From the IMG/VR virus record IMGVR_UViG_2698536484_000001, positions 1 to 23,777 of that record: DNA of 23,777 nucleotides; one strand, 5' to 3'. The DNA is from a virus (taxonomy: Duplodnaviria > Heunggongvirae > Uroviricota > Caudoviricetes). Position 1 is the first letter of the stretch. Each line of letters starts with the position of its first letter. The position numbers and the translations under genes are program-made. The notes beneath the pieces were generated by a model. That model had not been told where the DNA came from and did not search any database. It saw only the letters and a list, made by a program, of their open reading frames with translations. This document shows, piece after piece, positions 9,378 to 18,500 of the stretch.

Positions 9378-9612
9378 TATCCTCTCTCCATTTCTCAATG
9401 CGCCGCTGGTTATCCGCTTTTACCGCCAGATGGTCATTCAAAAGAGCAATATCGTACAAATCGACAGAGCCATCTTTAAGTGCTGTATAAGGAATTAACC
9501 CGGCGTCAACCGGATTGAGAAGGTAGGACAGCCCGTCCGGCAGGCTGTTAAACGTCAGCCATGTTGCAGGCTCTGCGTCGTGCTGGTAAGGGGTGTAGGC
9601 AAAAAATTTCCC
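9367..9612 (-). other. Programmed -1 frameshift extension of the tail assembly chaperone (G/GT-type)
   Basis: In-frame chaperone codons CUG GGA AAU UUU UUG (9614-9600) contain overlapping slippery heptamers G_GGA_AAU / U_UUU_UUG. The -1 frame from the slip site is open for 78 codons with no Met (FAYTPYQHDAEPATWLTFNSLPDG...IEKWREDNER) and stops at TGA 9369-9367, just inside the tape measure start. It exactly fills the otherwise unexplained 9399-9554 gap. Confidence 0.55.
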
Positions 9613-10007
9613 AGCGAATCGGCGACCACCCGCGCCACCAGCTGCAGCATGACCAGCAAGTCAATATCATCAAACATCAGTTCGCCCTGGGTAAATACCG
9701 GAACCCATCCGTCCATATGACGCCGCGATACCACCGCAAGACAGGGATGAATAATCGCATCGGTGTCATCTTCGGTCAGGGAAGACAGTTCCTCAGCGAT
9801 ACGCGGGAGCATGGTTTCAAACACCGGTTTTAACTGCTCGAATTTCACGGTGTCGATTTTGCCATCAGCAGGCAAACGGGAGCGAATGCTCCCGAAATCT
9901 GACATCATTCCTGCCAGCACCGGCAGAAGTTTGCGGGTCACTTTCAGCTGATCAAAAACGCTGAGTTTTGCCGCGCGATATTTCACGCCTTTGATTTCGA
10001 ATTCCAT
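9555..10007 (-). CDS. Tail assembly chaperone (zero-frame product)
   Basis: 150-aa ORF between tube and tape measure genes, the conserved chaperone position; carries the slippery site near its 3' end. Confidence 0.6.
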   Translation of the reverse strand: MEFEIKGVKYRAAKLSVFDQLKVTRKLLPVLAGMMSDFGSIRSRLPADGKIDTVKFEQLKPVFETMLPRIAEELSSLTEDDTDAIIHPCLAVVSRRHMDGWVPVFTQGELMFDDIDLLVMLQLVARVVADSLGNFLPTPLTSTTQSLQHG

Positions 10008-10010
10008 GTA

Positions 10011-10451
10011 TTAAAACTCCCCGAGAACCTGGTCAATCTTGCCGCAGTCAAACACCCACGGCATCGTATTACCGGTTTTAGCGTTGGCATTATCCGGTTG
10101 TTTCTGGAACGCAACACTACGTGCCGTGATGATGTCGCCGCTGACCTTGTTTCGGATCACAATAACGTTATTCCCCCATGTGGCAGAAGACTGGCTCTGT
10201 GCGTTATACGCCAGCGACAATTTTTTATTTGTCGGTGATGTCTTCAGAAGGTTAACGGTAATCGTCCCGCTTTTATCTGCATGGAGACTGTGCATCACTT
10301 CGCCATCAGCACCGATGGTCATGGTGTTTTTAGGACCGCCCATCGCAACCACAATCCCCTCTTCAGAACTTGCAGAACCGTACCCGAGGTCAATCGAACC
10401 GGTCGGCCCGGTCAGCGTCGCAGTAACATCCATAAAAGAATAGGTAGACAT
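10011..10451 (-). CDS. Tail tube protein
   Basis: 146-aa ORF directly after the sheath gene; size and position typical of contractile-tail tube proteins. Confidence 0.6.
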   Translation of the reverse strand: MSTYSFMDVTATLTGPTGSIDLGYGSASSEEGIVVAMGGPKNTMTIGADGEVMHSLHADKSGTITVNLLKTSPTNKKLSLAYNAQSQSSATWGNNVIVIRNKVSGDIITARSVAFQKQPDNANAKTGNTMPWVFDCGKIDQVLGEF

Positions 10452-10461
10452 TCACTTCCCC

Positions 10462-11607
10462 TTAGCGAACAACGTTAATCTGTACGTCAGCGTAATGAAC
10501 CGCGCCTGCAAGTTTTATTGCAGCCTGAATCACCGGAGCCTTACGGGCTTCACGTTCTGATTGTGCCTGTTCATCCAGCGGCTGGGCGTATACGTAATAA
10601 CCTTTGGGCAGCGTGTCACCTGATGACAACTGGCCAAGGTCGCCCCCGTTCCATACGCCCGGAGCAATCAGTCCATTCTGAACGGCCTGATCCAGTGATT
10701 TTTCAACATTTGATAACAGTCGGGTAATACCGGCTTCAGTCTGGGGAACTTTCGTGGTGCTGGTATAAAGCAGGTTATAGAGGTTGGTCTGCACATAATT
10801 CTGTAACCAGTCCAGGCCGTGGCGTTCATCAAAGAAATCGCCGTTAGCCATCACTCCCTGCTGGAGGATAGCTGTATCATTCTGGTAGTACACGAACACA
10901 TTGCAGTTTTTTGCATCAAGTGCCGATGCCTGGCTGACTGTCAGTGTTTCATACCCGACACCCGGCTCCTGCTTAAACTTGAGCGTAATCGCGGTATTAC
11001 TGCCATTGAAATTAACCGTGAATGCCCGGCCAAATGCAGATAACGCAGCGTATTTATTACCCGATGAATACTGAATAAAACTGCGTGAATATCCGGCGGT
11101 TTTCAGTTTTGATGCCAAATCATCGCTGGATGCAGTCTGCAGGCATTTATCATCGCTTGTCGTAATCGCCAGAATACGGCTTACAGAAGAGGATTCGATC
11201 GCCGCAGCCACTTTCAGCCAGTCTGCATCCGGAATATCTTCATCGTCTGCAATCCCCAGCCCATACCATGAAGTATAATCGAGCATGGCATTCACAGCCT
11301 GCTCCAGCGTCTCAGGCGTGGCCTGTTCGCTGTCTCCCTTCGTTTTCACCCAACGACCAACAAAAACCTCCTGAGGTTTCGGTGATTGAGAGAAAAACAC
11401 CTGCGCAGCCTTATATTCTGGTGATTCCACGCCAAAATCTTTTCCAATATCTTCCGCGGCAGAATAACGGCGAATGCGCTCACTTACCGGAATGATTGTG
11501 GACGGGCCGAGAATGAGTAATGCACCAAAATTTCGCCCTGATGCTGCACGCGGCGACATGATCACATCAACATTAACAACGTTTGATACAGGCAAGCCCT
11601 GTGCCAT
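10462..11607 (-). CDS. Tail sheath protein
   Basis: 381-aa ORF preceding tube and chaperone genes; the sheath-tube-chaperone-tape measure order is diagnostic of a contractile tail. Confidence 0.65.
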   Translation of the reverse strand: MAQGLPVSNVVNVDVIMSPRAASGRNFGALLILGPSTIIPVSERIRRYSAAEDIGKDFGVESPEYKAAQVFFSQSPKPQEVFVGRWVKTKGDSEQATPETLEQAVNAMLDYTSWYGLGIADDEDIPDADWLKVAAAIESSSVSRILAITTSDDKCLQTASSDDLASKLKTAGYSRSFIQYSSGNKYAALSAFGRAFTVNFNGSNTAITLKFKQEPGVGYETLTVSQASALDAKNCNVFVYYQNDTAILQQGVMANGDFFDERHGLDWLQNYVQTNLYNLLYTSTTKVPQTEAGITRLLSNVEKSLDQAVQNGLIAPGVWNGGDLGQLSSGDTLPKGYYVYAQPLDEQAQSEREARKAPVIQAAIKLAGAVHYADVQINVVR

Positions 11608-11610
11608 AGC

Positions 11611-12177
11611 TTAATCTCCGAAAAAGATGACTGGTGCTTCCACCAGCGATTTAATACCGTACTCGCGCACAACCTTCCGGCGCAGACGCACCGTCATATC
11701 GTAGCGGCGGACCCATTGCTGATTAATAAGTTCAGGGAAGGGAGTCAGACCTGTGTAATCGCCAAGAGACAGCCCCAGCGCATTCAGTGCTGCATTGTTC
11801 TGCGGCACAGATATACCGTCACGAAACCGGGACGCATACACCATCCCCGCCGGTCCATAAAACGAAGCCATACACTCAATCGTTTCATGCCGCCAGAGCT
11901 GAGAGCCATCATCGGTCTGTCTGGTGAATGCCGGACTGTCATCACCTGACCATCCGATAACCCCAAACGCACACCAGTTCGTTTCAACCGGTAGCAGTGG
12001 CGGCTGCTCTTTCTGCCAGCGCGGGAGAACCATCCCGGCAGACAGGCCGGAAACGTTACGCATCCACTGGCTTAACAGCCTGTCGAGCGCTTCGTCATAA
12101 TCCGGATCGCCACTGGTTGGTATCAGCCATCCGAGCTCTGTACTGGTGTTATTGCTCAACCGGAGTTCCCCCATCAA
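11611..12177 (-). CDS. Head-tail joining / tail completion protein (188 aa)
   Basis: ORF between capsid-proximal connector genes and sheath; overlaps upstream gene; function by position. Confidence 0.4.
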   Translation of the reverse strand: MMGELRLSNNTSTELGWLIPTSGDPDYDEALDRLLSQWMRNVSGLSAGMVLPRWQKEQPPLLPVETNWCAFGVIGWSGDDSPAFTRQTDDGSQLWRHETIECMASFYGPAGMVYASRFRDGISVPQNNAALNALGLSLGDYTGLTPFPELINQQWVRRYDMTVRLRRKVVREYGIKSLVEAPVIFFGD

Positions 12178-12538
12178 ACGGCATCAACTCACAATGCGCC
12201 TGAACGAATCCGGCCCCATAAGCTGTATACGGGTCGACGAAGGTCACACGATAATCACGGCCCTGATACGTCACGATATCGGCATCACGCCCAGTCTGTC
12301 CCTGCGTCAGTCGCTCAGTCGTCACAATCAGAATTGCACCGCTGATTACCTGCCCTGCCTGCATACGGCGGTTTTCCAGAGAGCGATCAACAGTTACGAC
12401 TCCGGCAAACTGCTTTTTAACTTCACTGTCGCTACCGATCCCGTCCTCATCCACCGTTTGCACACGGCGTGTTACCCACAAATTGAAGTCGCAAAAATCG
12501 GGGTCAAAAAGCACATCTGTTACATCAAGAGTCGGCAT
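12149..12538 (-). CDS. Head-tail joining protein (129 aa)
   Basis: Packed ORF in the connector block; function by position. Confidence 0.4.
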   Translation of the reverse strand: MPTLDVTDVLFDPDFCDFNLWVTRRVQTVDEDGIGSDSEVKKQFAGVVTVDRSLENRRMQAGQVISGAILIVTTERLTQGQTGRDADIVTYQGRDYRVTFVDPYTAYGAGFVQAHCELMPFDGGTPVEQ

Positions 12539-13079
12539 CTTTATCCCTCACAACATGGGTAATAGCTCTGCGATATTGCCCGGTGTCAATTAATGGTTTC
12601 GCCAGATCGGTTCCGGGAGATTCGCCAGCAGCGCGCCGGGCAAGTTCCAGTGTTGCCCCCTTGCGCCCCCGACGAGCCCGGGCTTCAACAGTGCTGTCAG
12701 CAAGCGGCGTAAAGCCGGTAATGGTCATGTAACGCCTGACGCCATTAGCGGCCAGCGTTCCGGCACGGTTGAGTGCGCGTTCTGCTCCCGCAGCATTACC
12801 ATCAAGTGCAGCCTGCGCCGCGGCTTTGAGCTGCGGCACCGTCTGCTCTTCTGCCGATTTAACGCCGGGGACCAGGTGAGGTCGTGGCGGGATGTTCTGC
12901 TCTGGTGAGCCGTATTCGTTGAGGTAACCGATGCCCGCATTACCAAACGGAACATCATCCCGCCCGCTGTCTTCCGAAGGGATGCCGACCAGCACATCTT
13001 TTTTGGTTAACGACCTGAGCGCATCCAGAATGGCCTTAGCGTTATCCACCCTCGTTGTTACACCGCTTTTGAAACTCAT
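12525..13079 (-). CDS. Head-tail joining protein (184 aa)
   Basis: Packed ORF in the connector block; function by position. Confidence 0.4.
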   Translation of the reverse strand: MSFKSGVTTRVDNAKAILDALRSLTKKDVLVGIPSEDSGRDDVPFGNAGIGYLNEYGSPEQNIPPRPHLVPGVKSAEEQTVPQLKAAAQAALDGNAAGAERALNRAGTLAANGVRRYMTITGFTPLADSTVEARARRGRKGATLELARRAAGESPGTDLAKPLIDTGQYRRAITHVVRDKDADS

Positions 13080-13483
13080 AGCTGGCGACCGCCTGCACCG
13101 AACATCGTGATCAACTGATAAAATTCAGCGCCATATCGGGTGTTATTCCAGAAACCTGCATCAGGATTCAGCGTCGCGCTGGTGTCATAGCTGACGCTTA
13201 CCTTGTCAACGGACTTGGAGGATTGAACACCATTGGTTGAACCGCCCGGGCCGCCAACCAGCATTGCCCGACTATCTGCCGCCCATAGCGTCATGTAGTG
13301 AGCCACGAACAACCCGGCAAAGTACGGAAACAACTTTTTTCCGGTGACGTTTTCGCTCAGCAGTTCATCGGCCAGATTCAGACGAAACTGGATTTGCGCT
13401 TCGGGATATTTGGCAGGGTCAGCAAACTGCGGGAAGTCGCGGCGAAAATCACTTACCGCTGGCAGACTTTGATTCTTTGGCAT
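13076..13483 (-). CDS. Head-tail connector/adaptor protein (135 aa)
   Basis: ORF downstream of the capsid gene block, overlapping neighbours; function by position. Confidence 0.4.
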   Translation of the reverse strand: MPKNQSLPAVSDFRRDFPQFADPAKYPEAQIQFRLNLADELLSENVTGKKLFPYFAGLFVAHYMTLWAADSRAMLVGGPGGSTNGVQSSKSVDKVSVSYDTSATLNPDAGFWNNTRYGAEFYQLITMFGAGGRQL

Positions 13484-13670
13484 TTTTTACCTCGTTACGC
13501 GCGTCTGTGGCTTTGCCAACGGATACCTCCGCGTGCGCACGAGTGAACCAGTGCGTGGCAACGTCTTCCTCCACAGCATGACGGCCTTTAAGAAACTCGC
13601 GCCGTGAACCGTCGGGAAGCGTGAGCACAAACGGGGTATGTACGTGTATTACTGCATTATTTTTTGCCAT
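13449..13670 (-). CDS. Small hypothetical protein (73 aa)
   Basis: Track ORF 13449-13901 overlaps the major capsid gene; the internal ATG at 13670-13668 ([14 protein letters not shown]...) has AAGGA 7 nt upstream and avoids the overlap, so the short form is preferred. Confidence 0.35.
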   Translation of the reverse strand: MAKNNAVIHVHTPFVLTLPDGSRREFLKGRHAVEEDVATHWFTRAHAEVSVGKATDARNEVKNAKESKSASGK

Positions 13671-13710
13671 CAGGTCATCCTTAATGACCCCGCCAGGGGC
13701 CATGTGGCTG

Positions 13711-14652
13711 TTAAATGCCATCAACGTACGAAATGGTTTCTTTGTACACTGGCTCAACCGCACCCAGCTTGCCGTAGTAAGTGACGATCTGATACAGACC
13801 GCGATACTGCACCGGCACGCTCTGAAGCGGAACCAGCGGGTAGCGGACGTATTTTTTATCGTTGGTGTACGCAACCATGCGATCCTTTTTCCCCACACCA
13901 CGGCCTTTCAGCCATTTAACCGCGCGGATATTCAGCGGAACACCGTTCTGGTGATAGCTGATGGTGTTGGTCTGAAGATACGTCAACAGGGACTGGTTAC
14001 CCGCAGATGAAACGATGATGCTGGACAACAGAGCAAACTGCTCAGGCGGGATCAGCAAATCACGCGGAACCACAGAGTAACCGGAAGCGGCCCACGCATC
14101 AGACAGCACCTGGTTAATGCTTGCGCGGATTTCGTCCGGTGTTGAGGTTGCCCACGTTTTGGCAGCGTTGTTGGCAGGAACACCGTCCAGGGTAACAAGA
14201 CCTTTCAGGTTTAATGCGGAATCGCCAACATACACCTGTTCATCGTTATCCATCTGCCATTTCAGTTGCATCCCGTCATACTTCTGCGTATCGATCGGGC
14301 GTCCGACCTGCTGAGCAGCCTGCAATTCTATGACCGTCCAGCCAAGCTCCATCCCCCACAGGTTCAGCGGGTTACCGGATTTGCCGATATCCACGTTTAC
14401 GCCAGCAATAGCGGTTGAGTCTTTGCCTACCCAGTTTTTGCCATTCGGATTTGCACCAGTACCCGCAGCGGCGAAGCTGGTATTCGTCCAGCTGGAAATG
14501 TCATCTGCGATAGAGACATCTTCACGCAACTGAATATCGCGGGTCCAGGTGTACCCCACCAGTGGCAGGTTCAGCGTCTGGTCGAGTCGCTCCAGCTCCC
14601 CGATGAGAAAGGCACCAGAGCTGTCAACGGTTGCCTGATCAAAAGTAATCAT
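13711..14652 (-). CDS. Major capsid protein
   Basis: 313-aa ORF after scaffold and decoration-like genes and before the connector block; size and position. Confidence 0.65.
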   Translation of the reverse strand: MITFDQATVDSSGAFLIGELERLDQTLNLPLVGYTWTRDIQLREDVSIADDISSWTNTSFAAAGTGANPNGKNWVGKDSTAIAGVNVDIGKSGNPLNLWGMELGWTVIELQAAQQVGRPIDTQKYDGMQLKWQMDNDEQVYVGDSALNLKGLVTLDGVPANNAAKTWATSTPDEIRASINQVLSDAWAASGYSVVPRDLLIPPEQFALLSSIIVSSAGNQSLLTYLQTNTISYHQNGVPLNIRAVKWLKGRGVGKKDRMVAYTNDKKYVRYPLVPLQSVPVQYRGLYQIVTYYGKLGAVEPVYKETISYVDGI

Positions 14653-14663
14653 TCGTCTGTTCC

Positions 14664-15170
14664 TTAAATCTTCCAGGAAATTTCTGCATTGCCGTCAGCA
14701 TCACCGGCACCTGTGAATTCAGCGTTGGTCAGCACCACGTTTTTGCCACTGACTGACGTGGACATGAATCCACCCAGCGGCACTTTGATGGATTCATCAG
14801 TGGAGACGACAACGTATACCGGGTCGCCTTTTTTGATGGTGCTGGCATCAAAATCAGAACCGAGATTAACGGTCACGTAGCCACGCTTCATGGCGTCGCC
14901 CGGGAAGTTCTTGCCACTCCCCACCTGGCGAACCATGTCCGGCTGCGAAGTGGTCGGATAAGGGCGCACGTAGATCCCCTTCACCTTGTCTGCGGTATCA
15001 CCATCTGCCAGCGGCACGAAAAAACCGTCATCATCGTATTTACCAGCCAGCCCATAAGCAGCGAAGGCGTTATCGGATTTAAGGACTACCGGTTCGACGG
15101 TTAAGTCCTGCGGGCGAGAGACAGCCCCGGCAATGCCAACAGGCATCCGGTACAGAAATACATTATTCAT
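14664..15170 (-). CDS. Head decoration / cement-like protein (168 aa)
   Basis: Small ORF between scaffold-like and major capsid genes; position typical of decoration proteins. Confidence 0.4.
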   Translation of the reverse strand: MNNVFLYRMPVGIAGAVSRPQDLTVEPVVLKSDNAFAAYGLAGKYDDDGFFVPLADGDTADKVKGIYVRPYPTTSQPDMVRQVGSGKNFPGDAMKRGYVTVNLGSDFDASTIKKGDPVYVVVSTDESIKVPLGGFMSTSVSGKNVVLTNAEFTGAGDADGNAEISWKI

Positions 15171-15173
15171 TTT

Positions 15174-16394
15174 TTACCCTTTACGGTTTGCCCAGAATTC
15201 AGCGTTTTGTTTGTTCAGGGAAGCGATACTGGTCATGCCCATGTTTGGGCGCTGTGCATCGCCGGTGGTGGCGCGGGTGTTTCGCCCTTTGGCAATCTCA
15301 GACACGGCATTAAACGCCATGTCGACCGATTGTTTCGGTAATTTGCGGATATCCGCATCACCGACTATCTGGCGAACCAGCGTTTTGTCAGCAGAAGCCA
15401 GAACCTCACGTTTGAACGCGGTCGGTTTCATCTTACGGCTCAGATCGATACCCGGAACGATAACTTCGGCACGCCAGGCTGAGTCACCAGTAATCGTGGT
15501 TTCCTCTTCATCGTCCTCGCCGTCACCGGTCGGATTATCGTCAGGCTTATTGTCGTTATCGCCCGTCGCATTTCCTTCCAGCTTAGCCAGCAGGGCTTTC
15601 AGTAATGTTTTGAGGTCATCATCACTGTCGCCGGTTGGACCTCCGCCCATCTCTGGTGCTTTGTCCGGTAGCGGTTGCTGCGGGGACAGGTTGATGTTGA
15701 GATTAACGCCCTGCGGCAAATCCCCCTCATCTCCTGTAACCGATGCGGGAGCCGACTCCACCAGTTCGTTCATGGTGTCAGCGTCACCCGTTTTGATGGC
15801 CGTGCGCATGCGGGTCCACCAGCTTTTCTTTTGATTTGCCATTGTGTCTCTGTCTCCAATTGCACAACGATTTCCGGCTCTGCCTTTAGGGACAAGAGCC
15901 ACATGGTTTCCGGTAATATCGACCTGCTGAGCCTTACCCGGCTCAGCCTGTTTATATTCCGCGTCATAGCCACACGACACTTCGCGCAGGCCATCTTCGA
16001 TCAGCTGAATGGCGTTTTCGTCTTTGACGATAAGGTCAGCCAGCATCAAATCAGACTGCACACCCGCCCCGCGCCGGACATTCTGAAGATGCCCGACCGC
16101 GAGCTCTTTCCAGTTCTCTGGATTCACCAGCCGCACATCCCCGTTTTCATCCTCGGGATGCAACACCGTGATACTCATTCCTTCGAATGAGGCAAGCGTG
16201 GCGGGATGGAATACCTGCTCAGGAGAACGCGTGACGACTATTTCACCGAACTTATCGGGTTTCAGTTTTGGCAGGTCATCAGCACCATAGAGCTGCTTAC
16301 CTGTTCGTCCTATCGGCACGTCTTTGCACAGCAACGAGCCGTCAGCCAGCTGATAGCGGGTTTCCCCCAGCCGGGTATTGAAAAAATATTTCAT
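15174..16394 (-). CDS. Scaffold / prohead maturation protein
   Basis: 406-aa ORF between head morphogenesis and capsid genes; central highly acidic Gly/Asp-rich low-complexity linker (TGDSDDD...GDNDNKPDDNPTGDGEDDEEETT). Confidence 0.5.
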   Translation of the reverse strand: MKYFFNTRLGETRYQLADGSLLCKDVPIGRTGKQLYGADDLPKLKPDKFGEIVVTRSPEQVFHPATLASFEGMSITVLHPEDENGDVRLVNPENWKELAVGHLQNVRRGAGVQSDLMLADLIVKDENAIQLIEDGLREVSCGYDAEYKQAEPGKAQQVDITGNHVALVPKGRAGNRCAIGDRDTMANQKKSWWTRMRTAIKTGDADTMNELVESAPASVTGDEGDLPQGVNLNINLSPQQPLPDKAPEMGGGPTGDSDDDLKTLLKALLAKLEGNATGDNDNKPDDNPTGDGEDDEEETTITGDSAWRAEVIVPGIDLSRKMKPTAFKREVLASADKTLVRQIVGDADIRKLPKQSVDMAFNAVSEIAKGRNTRATTGDAQRPNMGMTSIASLNKQNAEFWANRKG

Positions 16395-16408
16395 GTGTTA
16401 CCTGCGAT

Positions 16409-17197
16409 TCAGGCGGGATAAGAATGGGAGGTGGGAAAAACGATTTCTTTATAACAGCGACAATTCGGGAGCTCTCCAGCGTGACCGGTCATGCCATCAA
16501 GCGTTGGAGGTTTGCCCCATTCGACAAATTTACCTTCCATTTCCCGATGAGAATGCCTGACGTCACCATCTTCGGCTGTACGCCAGATATAACCATTCGA
16601 ACCAATTGACAGCGCACGCGCCTGATCCAGCGCGCCGGTTGCACGTCCAAGTTCAGTACGGGCAATCAGGTCAGCTCTGGACTTTGCTATATCACCCGAT
16701 GCGGCTATTTCTTTAGCAAAATGTTCCGCTCTCCCACCGGTCACAACAGCTTCTGTCGCCCGATTCTGGATGTCGTACACCCTGTCAGCCGCCTCGAGGG
16801 GGAGCGATTTGATGTACTTAACCTGTTCAGCAACGATGGATTTCATCACCTGCCCTGGAGGGGCACTGTTTACCAGATTGCGTAGCTCACGGCTGATGGT
16901 TTTGCTGTGTTTACGCCACTGCTCATCATTCTTGCGCACAATGTCGGCAGTAAAGTTTTCCGCGACCTTTGTCGCCCAGGGGGTGATGATTTCACTGTAG
17001 CGTTCCAGCGCCTCAATAATTTCCGTGATACTGTCATTTGAACCATCGTAGCGACCATTTACGATGTCCCCGACCGCCCGCGCTATCCTGCGTAGGCTGG
17101 TTCGATAGCGGATTTCCGCCTGACGGTTCCTGCGGTTCGTCATCAGGTTCGCCGATGCCGGGCGGCGCTTCGTCTTCGGCATTCTCGATGTCCTCAT
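16409..17197 (-). CDS. Head morphogenesis protein (Mu F / SPP1 gp7-like)
   Basis: ORF immediately after portal; basic N-terminus and C-terminal region (...GYIWRTAEDGDVRHSHREMEGKFVEWGKPP...) resemble the Mu F-like family. True start uncertain: first ATG 17197 and next ATG 17143 both lack an obvious Shine-Dalgarno and both overlap the portal 3' end. Confidence 0.6.
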   Translation of the reverse strand: MRTSRMPKTKRRPASANLMTNRRNRQAEIRYRTSLRRIARAVGDIVNGRYDGSNDSITEIIEALERYSEIITPWATKVAENFTADIVRKNDEQWRKHSKTISRELRNLVNSAPPGQVMKSIVAEQVKYIKSLPLEAADRVYDIQNRATEAVVTGGRAEHFAKEIAASGDIAKSRADLIARTELGRATGALDQARALSIGSNGYIWRTAEDGDVRHSHREMEGKFVEWGKPPTLDGMTGHAGELPNCRCYKEIVFPTSHSYPA

Positions 17198-18500
17198 CGG
17201 TAATGGATGCCCCGATGCCGGTTACGTCAGAATTTTCGCGCAAATCGGTCATAGCGGCTTTCAGTGTCATCAGACCATCACCCAGCGCTGTACTGATTGC
17301 GTTGGTGGTGTTTAACGCCACCGTTGAGCGATCGACATCAGACATTTGCCAGAGCGGGTTAAACTCAAACGTGAAATCATCCGGGAGCGGCTTGCCAAGT
17401 TCCGAACGATGCATGATGTCCAGTATCCGACGCACCGGAAGACGTAAACGCCTCTCCTGCAACGAACTGATGCGGTCGTAATAGTTGGCAAGGTCTGCAT
17501 CACCGGTAGAAAATCCTTTCGGGGACTGTCCGAACAACCGCACCAGTGGGATACCAACAGCGCCACTAATCTGTTCTGCAAACTGTGATAGGATGTCATC
17601 CAGACCACTGAAGCTGTACTGATGCGTTTCAAACTTATCCCGCGAGTCCATGAGCGTCATGCCTTCATTGCTCTGGAACTGTCGAATCAGGTCGATATTC
17701 TTCAGCAACGCTTCATACGCAGGACCACCAAGTGCGATAAGCTCGCGTAGCTTCTCCACGCTGTAGGTACGCAAATGCGCTTTGTAGACCAGCTGCGCCG
17801 CGCCGACAGTAGCGCTGTCGAACGCGGTAAGACGATCCCAGATACGCTCTACAACCGACATTCCCCATTCGTTCTCGGTCATCTTCTGCTGAAATGGCAG
17901 CGTGACGCCATCAAAGCGAATCAGTCGACTGTGATGAATGCGCCAGGCAGGAATTCCCGTTGCTGTGGTCACCACATCGTAAAACTCAGGTTTACCCAGG
18001 TCCGGCCCCATATCTTTAATGCGGCGGGTCAGTACCGGGTCAATCATCCAGCGGTCGAGCGGGAGAATCCCCTTAAACTTGCCCTTACCGATGGTTTCGG
18101 GTCGCAGCGGGGTCATTGGTGCCTGCCCCTCAATCATGATGAAACCCACCGCGCCGCCGTAGAGGCGCGACCATTTCAGCACGTCATTCAGCGCATCCCA
18201 GATTTGCAACTCATCCAGTTGTGATTCGAGAATGCCGCGATCTTTTGCATCAATTTCCGAAGTGATGCGAATGCCTTTGCGGGTCATATCATCCGGGATA
18301 GCATCGACTGCTTCGCCGATGATCCAGGATGAACGATAGGACCATTCCACCAGCATGCGGTTACGACTGGTGAAATTAGCCCGGTAGGTGGATGCTGAGT
18401 GCTGGTTAGGTGTCTGCATCCCTACGCGGGCAATAAAATTCTCATAACCATCAGCTGTAGCCTGCGCAGTTCGCCGCAGGGCTTGTTTGTTTCGTGCCAT
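17034..18500 (-). CDS. Portal protein
   Basis: 488-aa ORF directly after the large terminase with ATGA overlap; acidic C-terminal tail; size and position. Confidence 0.75.
   Translation of the reverse strand: MARNKQALRRTAQATADGYENFIARVGMQTPNQHSASTYRANFTSRNRMLVEWSYRSSWIIGEAVDAIPDDMTRKGIRITSEIDAKDRGILESQLDELQIWDALNDVLKWSRLYGGAVGFIMIEGQAPMTPLRPETIGKGKFKGILPLDRWMIDPVLTRRIKDMGPDLGKPEFYDVVTTATGIPAWRIHHSRLIRFDGVTLPFQQKMTENEWGMSVVERIWDRLTAFDSATVGAAQLVYKAHLRTYSVEKLRELIALGGPAYEALLKNIDLIRQFQSNEGMTLMDSRDKFETHQYSFSGLDDILSQFAEQISGAVGIPLVRLFGQSPKGFSTGDADLANYYDRISSLQERRLRLPVRRILDIMHRSELGKPLPDDFTFEFNPLWQMSDVDRSTVALNTTNAISTALGDGLMTLKAAMTDLRENSDVTGIGASITDEDIENAEDEAPPGIGEPDDEPQEPSGGNPLSNQPTQDSAGGRGHRKWSLRWFK

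Noticed and set aside
10039-10443. 134-aa plus-strand ORF
   Set aside because: Completely contained antisense within the tail tube gene; all surrounding genes are minus-strand and tightly coupled.
12725-12997. Internal minus-strand ORFs nested in larger genes (also 6436-6639, 16870-17058, 17312-17632, 18823-19212, 19651-19842, 11784-11987)
   Set aside because: Each lies in an alternative frame wholly inside a longer, better-supported minus-strand gene, with no independent signal such as a lipobox or conserved motif, unlike the Rz1 case.
13449-13901. Long 150-aa form of the minus-strand ORF after the capsid gene
   Set aside because: Its first 190 nt overlap the major capsid gene in another frame; the internal ATG at 13670 with an AAGGA Shine-Dalgarno gives a non-overlapping 73-aa product, which I annotated instead.
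15133-15834. 233-aa plus-strand ORF, Ser/Pro-rich
   Set aside because: Lies entirely antisense to the scaffold gene; its low-complexity Ser-rich sequence is the mirror of the acidic Gly/Asp-rich linker on the coding strand; no Shine-Dalgarno or operon context.
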